A DNA stretch of 64,000 bases, from NCBI GenBank assembly GCA_965649765.1, contig OZ287749.1, forward strand, positions 16,120,001 to 16,184,000, given 5' to 3'. Position numbers and translations under genes: made by a program. Shown piece after piece: positions 1 through 12,560 of the stretch. How positions within the stretch are numbered: position 1 is the stretch's first letter; each line of letters starts with the position of its first letter. The notes beneath the pieces were generated by a model that was not told the DNA's origin, did no database searches, and saw only the letters and a program-made list of their open reading frames with translations. Source of the DNA: Bispira polyomma (lineage: Eukaryota).

Positions 1-1132
1 TCTTGAATGCCGTGATCAAATCATGAAGGATAATGGAGCAAAGTCATCTCCCTTTGATCTCCAGTTCGGTGTCCCTCAAGTTCCAGGGGCCCCTTCTGTT
101 TTCACTCTACATTACTCCCCTCACAAGTATAATATCCTCACGCCACAATATCAGCTATCACTTCTATGCAGATGACACACAAACCTACTGCTCACTCACT
201 CCCAAAAATTGTTCCCAGATCCTGGAACAGCTTTCTAGCTGTCTGTCTTCGATTGAATTTTGGATGAGTAATTCAAAATTGAAACTCAACCCTGACAAGA
301 CAGAATTCCTACATATTGGCTCCAATCATCAGAGGGAAAAGTTTCTTGACGTCTTTCCGACTACTCTCCTTGGTAATAGCACTGTTCCTGCTGACAGTGC
401 AAAGAACCTTGGAATCACTTTTGACTCTGACTTCTCCTTCAAAAAACATGTCTCGAATATCTGTCGTTCCTGCTACTGCAACATCTGTGACTTTCGCAGG
501 ATTCGACAGCACTTAACCAAAGAAAATACCATGGTATCAAGTCCACTAGATTACTGTAACTCACTACTATATGGAATTGGACAGGGCCAAATAAACAAAC
601 CACAGAAAATTCAAAATAACCTGTGCATAATAGTAACCCATGCTGGCCCTCGCACTCACACAACCCCCCTGCTGAAACAATTACATTGGTTACATATTGA
701 GTTTCGTATTAAATTTAGGGTAATTGTCCTCATTTTTAAGACAGTCCAGGTACATCAACCTGTCTACTTATCATCTATGCTGTCTCTTAGTTATCTCACC
801 AGAGGCAATCTTCTCTCCACTTCTGGGTTTTTACCCAAAAAATCAGCTGGTTCAAAATAATTTTTAGTTGCAGGGCCTGCTGAGTGGAATGGCCTCCCTA
901 CCAGTCTTCGGACTGAGACAAGCATCACAGGTTTCAGAAAAAAGCTCAAAACACATCTGTATCAGCTCGCTTTCCTACCCTAGCATTCATCTGATGGTCA
1001 CGACTGAATCTCTGATCACAAACCGTCTACCTGACTATGCTCTTGCACACTTACTAGGATATGTGCCACAGAGGATGCCTGGTCATCGATTGTGTCACTA
1101 TAGAAGTAAAAACATTAACATTTAACATTAAC
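1..1132 (+). mobile_element. L2/CR1-group non-LTR retrotransposon, 3' part of RT ORF with 3' UTR and short simple-repeat tail (decayed)
   Basis: ORF 33..860 has GPLLFSLY, HFYADDTQ, WMxxxKLKLNPDKTEF, LHWL; frameshifted end KLKTHLY..AFLP*; AACATT-like tail ~1110-1132. Confidence 0.85.
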
Positions 1133-3721
1133 TCCTGCATATCAGAAATATTTCAATGTGAATGCTTCACATTTTGAGAAATAGGGATCAGGACTCAGGA
1201 TGAGATGTTTTATGACACATCAGATGAGTTGGGTTATCAAATAAGGCATTCAATCCCTGCTTTTGTGGGGAGAAGGAGAGAGGATAACATTCAGTGTTTC
1301 AGGTGTAAGGAGCTTGGTCGTTTTCAGAAAGATTGTCCCAAACATGTTGTGTCTGGCCAGAATGTGGGGGAGCATTTTAGAAGAAATCCTAATCTGTTAA
1401 ACTAAGTAGTGTTGGGATTGGTACCAAATCCACAGCAAGTTCAATTTTACGGCCCACTGAGGGAATTCTTGAGGTCATCAGTGCTTCTTGTTGGTTTTTA
1501 AAAGGTGTTGTTGAGGGAGTCATTTCAGATTTCTTGGTTGATTCTGGGTCAACATACACAGTTGTTGACAGAATTTTTTTACGTAGTTTACCTGATAGTG
1601 TTAAGTTCAGGCTACAGGATTGTAATGTTGCATTAAGGAGTGCTAGTGGTGAGCTTTTTAAAGTTTTTTGAGAGGTTACTCTGTTGTTACAGTTAGGAGG
1701 TAGACTTGTTGAGACTTGTGTTACGGTAGTAGTTCTAGGAGATAAGAGTACTATTCTTGGACTTAAGTTTATGGAACCGAATGGCTGTATTCTTCACATG
1801 GGTAGAGGTAACATGAGAATGGGTGAACCTAAGGTGACTTTACACTGCATAGGTGATACATGTTGTGCACGAATTCAAGTGTCTGAAACCTGTTGTATTC
1901 CATCAAATTATGAGATGATTATTTTTGGGTAGGTTTGATAGTAATCATTGGGATTCACAGTCCAAAGGATCAAGGCTCTGTCATGAAGGTTAGCTCTGAT
2001 GAGGTTAATGTTAAGGAACCTGTTTTACCTGAATATTTAGGGCCATTGATTGAGTCAGTGACAAACAAGTTGTCTATTTAGGAGGTTAAGAAGCTCGAAA
2101 AGTGGTTGACTGATTATCAGGACATTTTTGTGGGGCCTGATGGTAAGCTAGGGTCAACTCCTTTAACCAAACACTGTATAAATACGGGTGACCATGCACC
2201 TATTAAGCAACGTCCATGTAGGTTATCTGTTGCCCAGAGGGAAATAGTACAAAAGGAACTTGATAAGTTGGAGGAACAGGGGTTGATAGAGTGTAGTGAT
2301 GGTTCATGAGCTTCACCTTTATTTATTGTCACTAAAGAGGATGGTAGTATTCACGTTTGTGTCGATTGTCACACGATTAATGATATATCTAGAAAATCGG
2401 CGGTAGGATTGCATAATACACAGGAATGTTTATCTTCTCTTGGTGGAGCTAGGTTCTTTTGTACTATGGATTTAGCTAGTGGCTATCATCAACTTTCAAT
2501 GATTGAAAGGGAAAACAGCTTTTTATACTCGGAAAGGGTTGATGCAGTTCACTGCCATGCCCTTTGGTTCAACCACTGCCTCATCAACTTTTTAGTCTCT
2601 GATAAAAAAGTCCTCCGTGGGTTACAGAAGGGAAAATGTGTGCTGTACTTAGATGACGTAATCTCATTTGGTACAGATTTTGAGAAAACATTTGAGAGTT
2701 TGCAGGTATTTCGTGAAAGGTTTCGCAGTTTCGTTTCTAGGTCATGTTGTTTCTGATCAGGGTGTTAGTTGTGATCCTAAGAAATTAGAAGCTGTAGTAA
2801 ATTGGCTTATTCCTTCTTGTGTAAAGAAGTCTGTTTTTTTTTAGATTTGCCAGTTATTATGGATCCTTTGTGACGTTTTTTTCCAGCAAAGCTGCTCCAT
2901 TGTATGTGTTAACAAAGAAAATGTGAAGTTTGGACTGAGTCTTGTGAGGCAGCTTTTGAAAAACGTAAGGAGAAATTAGTTGCAAGTCCTATCTTAGCTT
3001 TTTCCAGTCAGGAGGGTTTGTTTATTCTTGATATGGATACAAGTTTGTGGTGGAGTCTTACGTCAAGTGCGGGAGAATGGTGAAGAACGGATATGCATAT
3101 GGTAGCAAAACTCTAAGTAAAACACAAAGAAATTATTGTACCACTATAAGGGAGTTGTTAGCTTGTGTTGTTTTCATAAAGCAGTTTTATCATTATCTCT
3201 GGGGTAGACAGTTTTTGGTAAAAACAGATCATGCTTCACTCAAGTGGTTGGTGAATATTTGTGAGCAAGAAGGTATGTTGGCTAGGTTGTTATCAGTTTT
3301 TAGTAATTATGATTATGAAGTCCAACATAGGAAGGGGACTTTGCACTGTAATGTTGATGGGTTGTCAAGGATACCTCCACGTAAGTGTAAGCATGAGGAT
3401 TATGAGGAATGTGCCTTGAAATTATCGGATTGTGTGTGTGTGGTAACTAGGGATCAGTTGAAAATACAGGGTGGTACTCAGGCATGGGGAAATCTAAGGA
3501 CAATGGTAGGTCTGAGGGTGATTCCAACACTGAAACTGGGTCAGGTGGTCTTAGTGACACTGGTGTATCACATGGTGAGTCTACAGAGGGTAATGTGAAT
3601 GGTGGTTCTAACTCTGCATCAGACGGGCAGGCTTAGTGAGTCTAACACTGGCTCTAATCTTGCATGTACAGGGTTCTCAATTAGTTTCAGGTTTTGTTAT
3701 TAAAATTGGGCTGATAAGTGG

Positions 3722-4020
3722 TCTCTTGATGAGCTGAAAAATGTTTAGTACCAATATAAGGACACATGTTAGTCACATGTTGAAGTTGAAATCTGCTGGA
3801 GGTGATGAACCACAAAAGGCAGAAATCAATGGGCAGAGTGGTTTGTTTAGGTTTTTATGTGCTCAGTGGTTCTTGATGAGCTGAAAATTTTTAGTACCAA
3901 TATAAGGACACATGTTAGTCACATGTTGAAGTTGAAATCTGCTGGAGGTGATGAACCACAAAAGGCAGAAATCAATGGGCAGAGTGATTTGTTTAGGTTT
4001 TTATATGCTCTGTGGTCAGT
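3722..4020 (+). repeat. Direct tandem duplication of ~146 bp inside Gypsy pol
   Basis: TCTTGATGAGCTGAAAA...GGGCAGAGTG.TTTGTTTAGGTTTTTAT occurs at ~3724 and ~3871. Confidence 0.9.
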
Positions 4021-4110
4021 TCTTAAGGTCAAGAATGGAATCTTGGATCGTGAATGGATTTCTGATAGACTTGAAGAAGGAAATCTTTAGGCAGTTACAT
4101 AGCAATAGAA

Positions 4111-6860
4111 ATGTTACATCTCAGCTTGACACTGAATGACTTTAAGAGGGGGAGGGGAACATGGAAGTTTAATAATAATTTACTGAAAGATGAGCAATAC
4201 TTAAAGTTGATCAATGAGTGTATTAGAGAAGAATATATAAAATATGCTGCTCCTGTTTATAACCTTTCCTACATAAATACGGAATCATTTAATGATATTA
4301 CTCTAACAATTGACCATGACATTTTTCTAGAAGTTTTGCTACTCGGAATAAGAGGCGAAACAATAAAATTTTCAAGTTGTAAGAAAAAGAGGCGAAACGA
4401 GTTGGTAAAGAAACTGTCCTTAGAAATTGAAATTTTAGAACAGGGAAACTTCAACGACAATTTCGTTGAAATAGATACAAAAAGGGCTGAACTTGAACAA
4501 ATAAGACATCAAAGAATGCAAGGTCATCGGGTAAGATCACGAATCCAGTGGTTAGATGAAGGTGAAAAACCTTCCAAATTATTTTGCTCCCTGGAACATC
4601 ACAATTATGTTAATAAAACCATAAAACGACTAAAAAGGCCAGATGGTAGTTGTATAACAAACCAAACAGAAATTTTGGCTGAACTTTCACAGTTTTATAG
4701 AAAACTTTTTCAAACAAATGATCACAAATTACAGGATTATAACTTGGATGATATACTCCAATCTTTTGAGATGAATAAACTCGATGAGACTCAGGCCAAA
4801 CAGTTAGAAGGTCCCTTAAGTCAAACTGAATTAGGTACTGCCTTAAAACAAATGAAACAGAACAAAACTCCTGGAATAGATGGTTTTCCATCAGAATTTT
4901 ATAAAATATTTTGGAAAGACCTGAAATTCGGTATTTTAAAAGCTATAAATCTCAGCTTGGAGAAAAGAATAATGCCACTGACACTTCGGCAGTGCATTAT
5001 TACTTGTCTTCCAAAAAAAGGTAAAAATCGTGAACTTATAAAAAACTGGTGTCCTTTGTCAATACTTTCTGTAGTCTATAAGTTAGCATCTGCCTCATTA
5101 GCAAATAGACTTAAGCCATATCTTGACTATTTGATAGACAGAACTCAAAATGGCTTTGTTCCAGGTAGATATATATGAATTTTTCCAAAAAGCTGTTAGA
5201 AATAAAAGATAGTATAAATACATGGAATAAAAGATATCTGACTCCAATTGGAAAGATAACCGTTGTAAAAACATTATTACTATCAAAATTGAATCATTGT
5301 TTCTTATCTTTGCCCAACCCGGATTATCATTTGATAAAAGAAATAAATGATATATTGTATAAATTCAATTGGTCAAATAAACCTGACAGATTCAATCGTA
5401 AAATATTATCACTGGACCACCGATCCAGGGGATTGAAGATGGTAAATATAGAATATTTCATTACATCTCTCAAATGTACTTGGATTAGGAGGTTATTACG
5501 AGAAGACAATGCACCTTGGGTGAATTTGTTTCAGCAGGCCATCGCCAAAAATCTTAACAAGTTAGCACACTTTGGACCTCAGTATCTATTATCTTTAAAA
5601 CAAAGTATATCAAATCCTTTTTGGCAAGATGTGTTCGAATCGTGGTATAAAATATCAGCTAACCTTATCATAGAAACAGATAAGGATATATTGTCTAGCC
5701 CTCTGTGGTATAATCCTAAAATATCAACCGAAATCTTGTTTGTACCTAACTGGTACAACAAAGGATTGCAAAGTGTTTCTGATGTGATGAGTGCAAACAG
5801 GGTCATGGAACTAGATGAAATAAGACTGAAATATTCCTTCAATCATATAAATTTTTTAAATTATCTGAGTGTACGTCAGAATGTTAACACGTTTCTGACA
5901 AAAACTAACAAAATTGATGAAAATTCCAGATTAGCAAGGCCTTTCATTCCTTACTATCTTCAGCGTATTTTAAAAAATAGAAAAGGTGCTGGTGCAATCT
6001 ATAAAACTTTTATTGCTGAGGTCAGGAATGATCACAAAATGAAATTAAAGTGGTCACATAATATTGAACAAAACATTGATGATGGAACATGGAGAACTAT
6101 ATTTTTAATTTGTTTTAAAACAGTCAATAATAATAATTTAATATGGTTTCAGCTAAGATTGATATATAGAATATTAGGTACAAGGAATTATCTATATAAG
6201 ATTAGTACCACCGACAATCCCTATTGTCATTATTGCAAAGGGATTGAAACTATTTTTCACATGTTTGTTGACTGTCCATCTGTCAGACATATTTGGCTTG
6301 AAATTGAAGAATTTATAAAAGCAAAAGTAAAATTTGAAATCAAGTTGACTCCATTTATAATTTTATTTGGATATCAATTTGCAGACCAAAATAGAATTCC
6401 CATTAATGTTTTTATTCTAGCTGCAAAAAAATATATATATGATACATTTCGATATAGTCGGGAACTTAATCTCAGAAGCCTCAGTTATAGTTTAGAGCAA
6501 GTGTTCACGGATGAGAAATATTTAGCTAAATTAGCAAATAAAGAAAATCTGTTTTATCAAATATGGAAAAAATGGGAGTGTATATATTTTACAAATTGAG
6601 AAATTACATGTTGGTATGAAATGTAATTGCTATCTTCAAGGAAAAATATAAAGGAAAATCAAAGATAAATTTTTAAAATAGTAAATGTTCCAGAGAGACA
6701 CAGGACTGTATGGTCGAATGTATGTAAAAAAACAGATGATGTATGTCAAATATTGAATGTTATGATGTGCTATATGAAATTAGTAATACATATCTGATGT
6801 CATATATATTGTAGATGAAATGGTACATATTGCAAAAATAAAAAAAAAAAAAAAAAAAAA
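4111..6860 (+). mobile_element. Tx1/L1-clade LINE, 5'-truncated and internally deleted, with poly(A) and 7-bp TSD AATAGAA, inserted in the Gypsy integrase
   Basis: ORFs 4111..5178 (WKFNN, KTPGIDGFPSEFYK, QNGFVPGRYI) and 5175..6599 (C-terminal CHYC..HMFVDC); poly(A) ~6834-6861; AATAGAA at 4104-4110 and 6860-6866. Confidence 0.93.
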
Positions 6861-7967
6861 ATAGAATTGGGGGACACTTTGGTATCAGAAGAATCGTGTG
6901 TAAACTTAGGACTAAATTCTATTGGCCAGGCTATAAACAAGACATTGTGAGGTGGTCTCAAACATGTAAGGTGTGTGAGAGCTTTAAGGCTAGGCATATT
7001 CCTGAGAGGTTTTCATTAAAGCAACAGCTACCAGGTGCACCCTTAGAAAGGATAGCTTGTGGTATTATGGTTCCTGTAGTGCATACTAACTATGGTAACA
7101 ATTATATCCTAGTTGTCTAAGATTATTTCACTAAGTTTGCCGAGGTCTGATTGTTTAGTGACACAGTGGTTTTGCTGTTACGGAATACAACTGGTGATCC
7201 ATACCGACTAGGGCAGGAATTATGAGCCAGTACTATTTAAGGAACTTTGTGAGTTATTAGATATAGGAAAAACAAAGACTTCTCTTTATCGACCACAGTC
7301 AGATGGTCTAGTAGAGCGTATGAATAGAACTATAAGGCAGTTACTAAGTGTGACTGTTAATAAAAATGGTAATGATTGGGATAACCATTTACCAAATGTT
7401 AACTACCAAGTGCACCCAAAATCTCCTTATGTTTGGTAGGGAATAAAGACTACCTGTAGATTTAATGTATGAGGGCTGTCCAACTTCTTCAGGGGGTCCT
7501 AGTTGTCCAGTAGAGTATTTTGAATGGGTTAGGGATACTATGAGTGAAGCTTATTCTTTTGTAAGGCCAAACTTAAGGAAAAGTGCTGAAAAAACAGAAA
7601 CGTTTGTATGACACCAACGCTCAAACATGAAGCTTTATGCGAGGTAACTGGGTGTGGATATTTTATCCTCTTGAGGCTAAAGAAAAGTTTGGAAGAGGTT
7701 GGAAAAGGCCAATCTCAGTCATGAATAGGTTAGGGGAGGTCAATTACAGGGTTCAGAAAGATGAAAACTCTCGCCCTATTGCTGTTCATATGGACCATAT
7801 TAAAACCTATGAACACAGTGATACTTTAGTTATTTAGATATCACAAGGTGATAGTAGGGACGAAAGCATTCAAACTGACTCAGACTAAGGTTAAGGTTAA
7901 AGGTGTTCATTACATAATCTGACAGTATGTTGTTGGTTTTTTTTGTATAATTTCAGTTTAGTTCAAA

Positions 7968-8790
7968 ATGTCCATAGACGAGTTTGTGTTTGATCTGACC
8001 CAGTTGGAGGAGGCGTATAGTTTTGACACAGGAAAGAAGAAGACTGTGGGAAAGTGTGGGTGGAAAAGAGAAAAGGGGAGGTTCCTTTTGTTTAGTGCCA
8101 GTTTGCAAACACAAGAATTTAAGTTTTGGCCAGAGGTTTGGGCTTGTGAGACATTGGGAGGAGGTCCATCAAAAACTGAGGGTGTTGTATAGATGCAGTG
8201 CAGATGCCTCCTGTAGAACATTTAAAAGGCTGTATGACCTTGAAAGACACAAGATTACATGTCACCACTTTTGTTGTAAGAAGGCAAAACAAATGTCATT
8301 GGTCATAACGAAAGTCATAAATAATTCAAGGTAAATTTCGCCAGGTGAGCTACCAGCGCCACCCAAGAAGCCATCAGCATCTCTTTCTATTGTCCCAATA
8401 ACTGAAACAGCAGAGGGAGTACCAGTCCAAAAGCTTCAGTTTGTACCAAAAGACATCCTACTTAAAAAAAATCAAAGTTCAGTTCACTCCTGAGGAATCA
8501 ACTGATGTCGAGGTGGTGACTGGTCCAGCGGATAATGACATATCTGGGGCTAATACATCGGACTGGTCAAGATTCTTCCCAAAAACAAGCACTAATCCAT
8601 TAGGTTGTCAGAGCACAACAAAAAGTATGTGAGTGGACGGCGATAGAAAAGGAGAACTCAAGGCCCTGGAACTTAAGGAGCAGTGAATTAAATACCATGC
8701 TTTAGAGCAAGAACTGGCCAAGGAAAGGAGCTCACGAAAAATCAGAACAAATCAGAACTCTGAAAGCTACATTAAATTCTGAAGACAATG
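7968..8790 (+). pseudogene. Disrupted accessory ORF downstream of Gypsy pol: two C2H2 zinc fingers and a charged, coiled-coil-like C-terminus
   Basis: Frame of 8023..8334 contains CLVPVC-x6-F-x5-L-x2-HWEEVH and YRCSADASC-x2-F-x5-L-x2-HKITCH; polypyrimidine tract + TTTCAG acceptor at 7951-7956 precedes CAAAATG (ATG 7968). Confidence 0.6.
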
Positions 8791-8889
8791 TGTTGGACAA
8801 TGTGGACACTACCGACAGCATTTTTGACAGCATATTTAATTTTCAAGATATAGTTTCAGGGGATGGGTTCCTTTTCGAAGAGTAAATGT

Positions 8890-9800
8890 AATTTTTTTTA
8901 TTGTTTTTTTTTGTACACACATACACAGTACAATATAATATATAGACATACACACATACATAAAAGGAACAAAAAGACATACTCATCTTCAATTGAAATA
9001 AAAATCAATAAATGACATTTTGTATTAAAATTAAGTTTTGCAAAATTAAACAATAATTTGTTAAAAGCAAGGAAGGAAAGAAAAGGTTTGATTCTTACAA
9101 TAAACTAAAAATGTGGCTTAAGGTTTCCACCTATTTATTATTCACACCTTTAAATTTGTTGAGGTTGTATAGAGCTTCAGTTCTGTCTTTTAGTTCAATT
9201 AAAAAAAAAAGAGTACAATATACGTTTATTCTTACTCTTACTATTATTCAAGCAACATTTTTCAGGCAATAATAAAAAATTAATAATCAGCATATTTGAG
9301 TCATTCTTCACAGGTATACCAAATAAGATTTCACATAATGTAAAGTTAAATGTAATTTTAAGATGTTGGCCAATCCAACTTGAAAGTTTTGTCCAAAACA
9401 TTGATGCTGTAGTTTGAAAGAAATAAGTGATGCTCCACTGCTTATCTGAACAGTGTTCAAAAATAGGAAAATCTGTTATTTGCCACTTGGAGAGATTGTA
9501 TTGATAATTTATTGTTCGGTTTATGACCTTGTGTTAAAATGTTTGTAAATATGGTTCTATTGTTATTGAAAAAGTTCTCAAGAATTTATCCTCCCAGTTG
9601 CAAGACTCTAGAAATGGAAATAGGTCAATCCAGGTATTAAGTGAGAAAGGCAGTTCAACTTATTAGTTGATTAATTCCTAGGATAGGTCTTGATTCTTAA
9701 TCAATTGGACAGATTTATCCGTTTGTTAATTGCAAGGAAAATACAATCCACAGTTTTCATTTCATTATGTATATTTTTGAGCAAATAATTGTCCACCAAG
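8890..9800 (-). mobile_element. Decayed Tx1/L1 LINE 3' fragment
   Basis: T-runs ~8893-8912 (poly(A) on minus); ORF 9195..9401 FWTKLSSWI..EILFGI..IINFLLL resembles the Tx1 ORF2 C-terminus. Confidence 0.7.
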
Positions 9801-9809
9801 ATTTGGTAT

Positions 9810-10165
9810 TGTAATTGTAATTAGACTTTTAACGCGCTTAATCTCCCCTAACAAAGGGGACTCTAAGGCACACCAGCACAAAAGACAGTAATCCAATTTC
9901 CAAAATCAAGGGATAGAAAAGGGTCAGCACCACAGAGCGCGCCAGGGGATGATTGAGACTAAGGTGGGTATGCTTTAGTGTACAAGTGGGTTTTAAGCTG
10001 CTTTCTAAAACAGGCTAGTGAGGGGGAAGCACGAATCACATCAGGAAGAGCATTCCAAACAATGGGAGCATCAAAAGCAAAGCTGTGACCAAACTTTTTA
10101 ACCGACTTTTGAGTAGATGGGCGGAACTTCGGAACAACAAGGAAATTATTGATGTATTGCATGCA
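9810..10165 (-). mobile_element. L2/CR1-group LINE 3' fragment
   Basis: ORF 9959..10162 ends HSFAFDAPIVWNALP..FRKQLKTHLYTKAYPP*; (ATTACA)n tail on minus ~9808-9823. Confidence 0.8.
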
Positions 10166-10868
10166 TCAGACCATAGTAGTCAAGAATTGTAAATTTAGGG
10201 GTTGCTTTTATATTAAAATTCTCATAATTTAGTATTTTGCCATGCAAATCTACAATATCTATTACTTTTATTATAAATTTAATTAAAGATGTCATTTATT
10301 GAGTATCTATCAGTAAAACAAATATAAAATAATTTTGAGTTTTCGTTGCCACTCACATTATAGTGGGTAAGTGTTAAAACAGTGTTTTATGCTGATGAAT
10401 AGTATTTTTTTGTCACAGTACATCGACGCTGTATTTTAGTATTACCAATTGTTTTGTCATAGTACTGTGACAATGTATGGTTTTGAAAGTTTTTAGGGGT
10501 GTGTTGTTGTTTTTTGTTTTTGTTTTGTTACAGTACAGTTACAATTTTAAGCTAGTATTACATACTCACCGTACATAGAGTATGAAATATTTTACTCTAT
10601 GAACATTTCTTAACATGACTTATACTGGTTTTATTTAATTATATACATGTATCAGTGGTTATTGCTTTATTAAATGTTTAAAAAGGGTTAAGCTTTATAA
10701 CCAGTGATTAATGATTTCCGGTGTGTTCATGCAATGTAGATGCTTGTGATATGTTATTGTATAATGGACATTTTACTATTGTTATATCTCAAGTTATTAT
10801 TTATATTAGTTGTTCGCTTAGGTGCCGGAGTGTGGTACTTGGAGTGTTGTGAGGGCATAACAGATTTT

Positions 10869-11813
10869 AAAATGGGGGGAGTGGGATGACCCTGTCATAT
10901 CGTGGTAGTATAGTACTTTATAATATGGTCGCCAAATTGTGAATCCGAGATTGGGGTTAATATGTGGAGTATATAAGCTAGAAATGGCTCATTTTATTGC
11001 AAATAAGGTATACTTCGCTTTAAAAGATAAAGTTAAGGTTGTTATGTCAAATATACGCACCATTTCAATTAAAATATTAGGAATATTTACTTATCGCCAT
11101 TATTGTGTTGGTGATGTCACTTTTCGTGTACATCCCTGATCTCGGAGTCGGTGTAGTTTCAGCTAGCTTCGTTTTCCGACCGGTGTCCTGATGCATTGTG
11201 AGATATATTTCGGTTTTTGGTAAGCAAATTAGGGTTACGACTCCTGCTTAAATAAGGCGCGGAGGTAAACACCTCCTCAGTGTCCGTGGCCGCTATATCG
11301 AAAGGTACATCCATTGTAGTAATTTACTCTGACATTTTGTCTTATATTTTCGATTTGCTGTTCTATTATTCGGATCCAGTATTACTAAAGTGATTTACTA
11401 TTAATCCAGAATACTTTCAGGCAATTTAGTCCATTATTTAATATTTATTTGTTTTTACCATCATTTGTTGATAAACAAATACACATGTAGTTAACAGTTA
11501 CTACTACAATGTAGTATTTTTGGTACAGGCTGTGTTATCGGTGTATATACATGTATATAATTTATAGGGACAATTCATGAGCTTAAATATAGCCTGTTAG
11601 TAATATGGTTGGCACATGTTTCTAAGATAAAAGTGTGTAGCTTTATTCTTTAACTGTGTTGTGCACTGTATTATATTATACTTTTATGGTAAATCTACAG
11701 TATCTCAGGCTGTCAGTAGTTTTATTGATACCAAGCTTCAATAAATCTGGCAACTGATAGCTCATTCCAATAATTGAATCTGAACTGTTGGCGACTGGCC
11801 ATAACTTAACACA
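10869..11813 (+). repeat. Putative polypurine tract and 3' LTR of the Gypsy element
   Basis: AAAATGGGGGGAGTGGGA at 10869-10886 followed by TG; AATAAA ~11740; ends ..CTTAACACA ~11813, after which an unrelated Tx1 remnant resumes; no 5' LTR in the window to confirm. Confidence 0.45.
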
Positions 11814-11829
11814 GTGCAAACGTTGACCT

Positions 11830-12560
11830 TATTTAAATGGGACATTGGCTTGACTCTCTTGTTCAATTGATATTGGTACTTGTGAAATTTAAGAATTGCT
11901 GAGGTTGGAAGATAAATCTAGAGAAATCTGAAGTAATTCCTATTGGAAGATTCAAATTTAAAGATATGTAGTTACCTAAGGCAATAAGTAAAATATACAT
12001 TAATAACAATGCTTTTAAAACATTGGGTATTTGGTTTTCATATAATTTAAATGAATCAACCCGTCTGAATTATGACAATAAATTAAAAACTATGGAATCT
12101 ATAACAAAAATTTGGCATAGCAGAAACCCTTTATTTGAAGAGAAAAATATTAATCATTAAGTCCTTAATCCTGCCATAAGTAAATTATGTGTTATCTGTG
12201 ACTTATTGTCCCCTAAATATCTTAAAGAAAATAAACAAATTGTTATTTAACTTTTTCTGGGGAAAAAACCCTCAAGATAAAAAGAAGTGTCGTAATAGGA
12301 AATTACTTTTAGGGTGGGCTTAAAATGCATGTAATATCTAATGAACCTTATCTTTACTCTTTTTAGTAAAAAATTGTAAACAGGATTCTCAATTGTAACA
12401 ATAATTTACATAAGGGGAAAATCAAAGAATCTGCAATTTGTTTATACTGTGATCAAATAGACATTTTATTTCTTCTAATCATTGTAAAAATCTTATAATT
12501 TTACTGAGTAAATGATATATAAATATCAAAAGGACTGAAAATAAACCATCCGTTTTGGAT
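11830..12560 (+). mobile_element. Highly decayed Tx1/L1 LINE remnant
   Basis: Fragmentary translations KTLGIWFS, KIWHSRN, ILIIKSLILP, GGLKM. Confidence 0.6.

Larger units (their letters stand above)
1140..11813 (+). mobile_element. Decayed Ty3/Gypsy LTR retrotransposon (gag knuckle-PR-RT-RNaseH-IN-extra ORF-putative 3' LTR), interrupted by nested LINEs
   Basis: Degenerate CCHC knuckle CFRCKELGRFQKDCP (ORF 1205..1405); protease FLVDSGSTYT ~1531-1560; RT DLASGYHQ and YLDDV (2409..2756); RNase H RNYCTTIRELLA..TDHASLKWL (3047..3400); integrase HHCC and YRPQSDGLVERMNRT ~7285-7330; PR-RT-RH-IN order; many stops and frameshifts. Confidence 0.88.
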
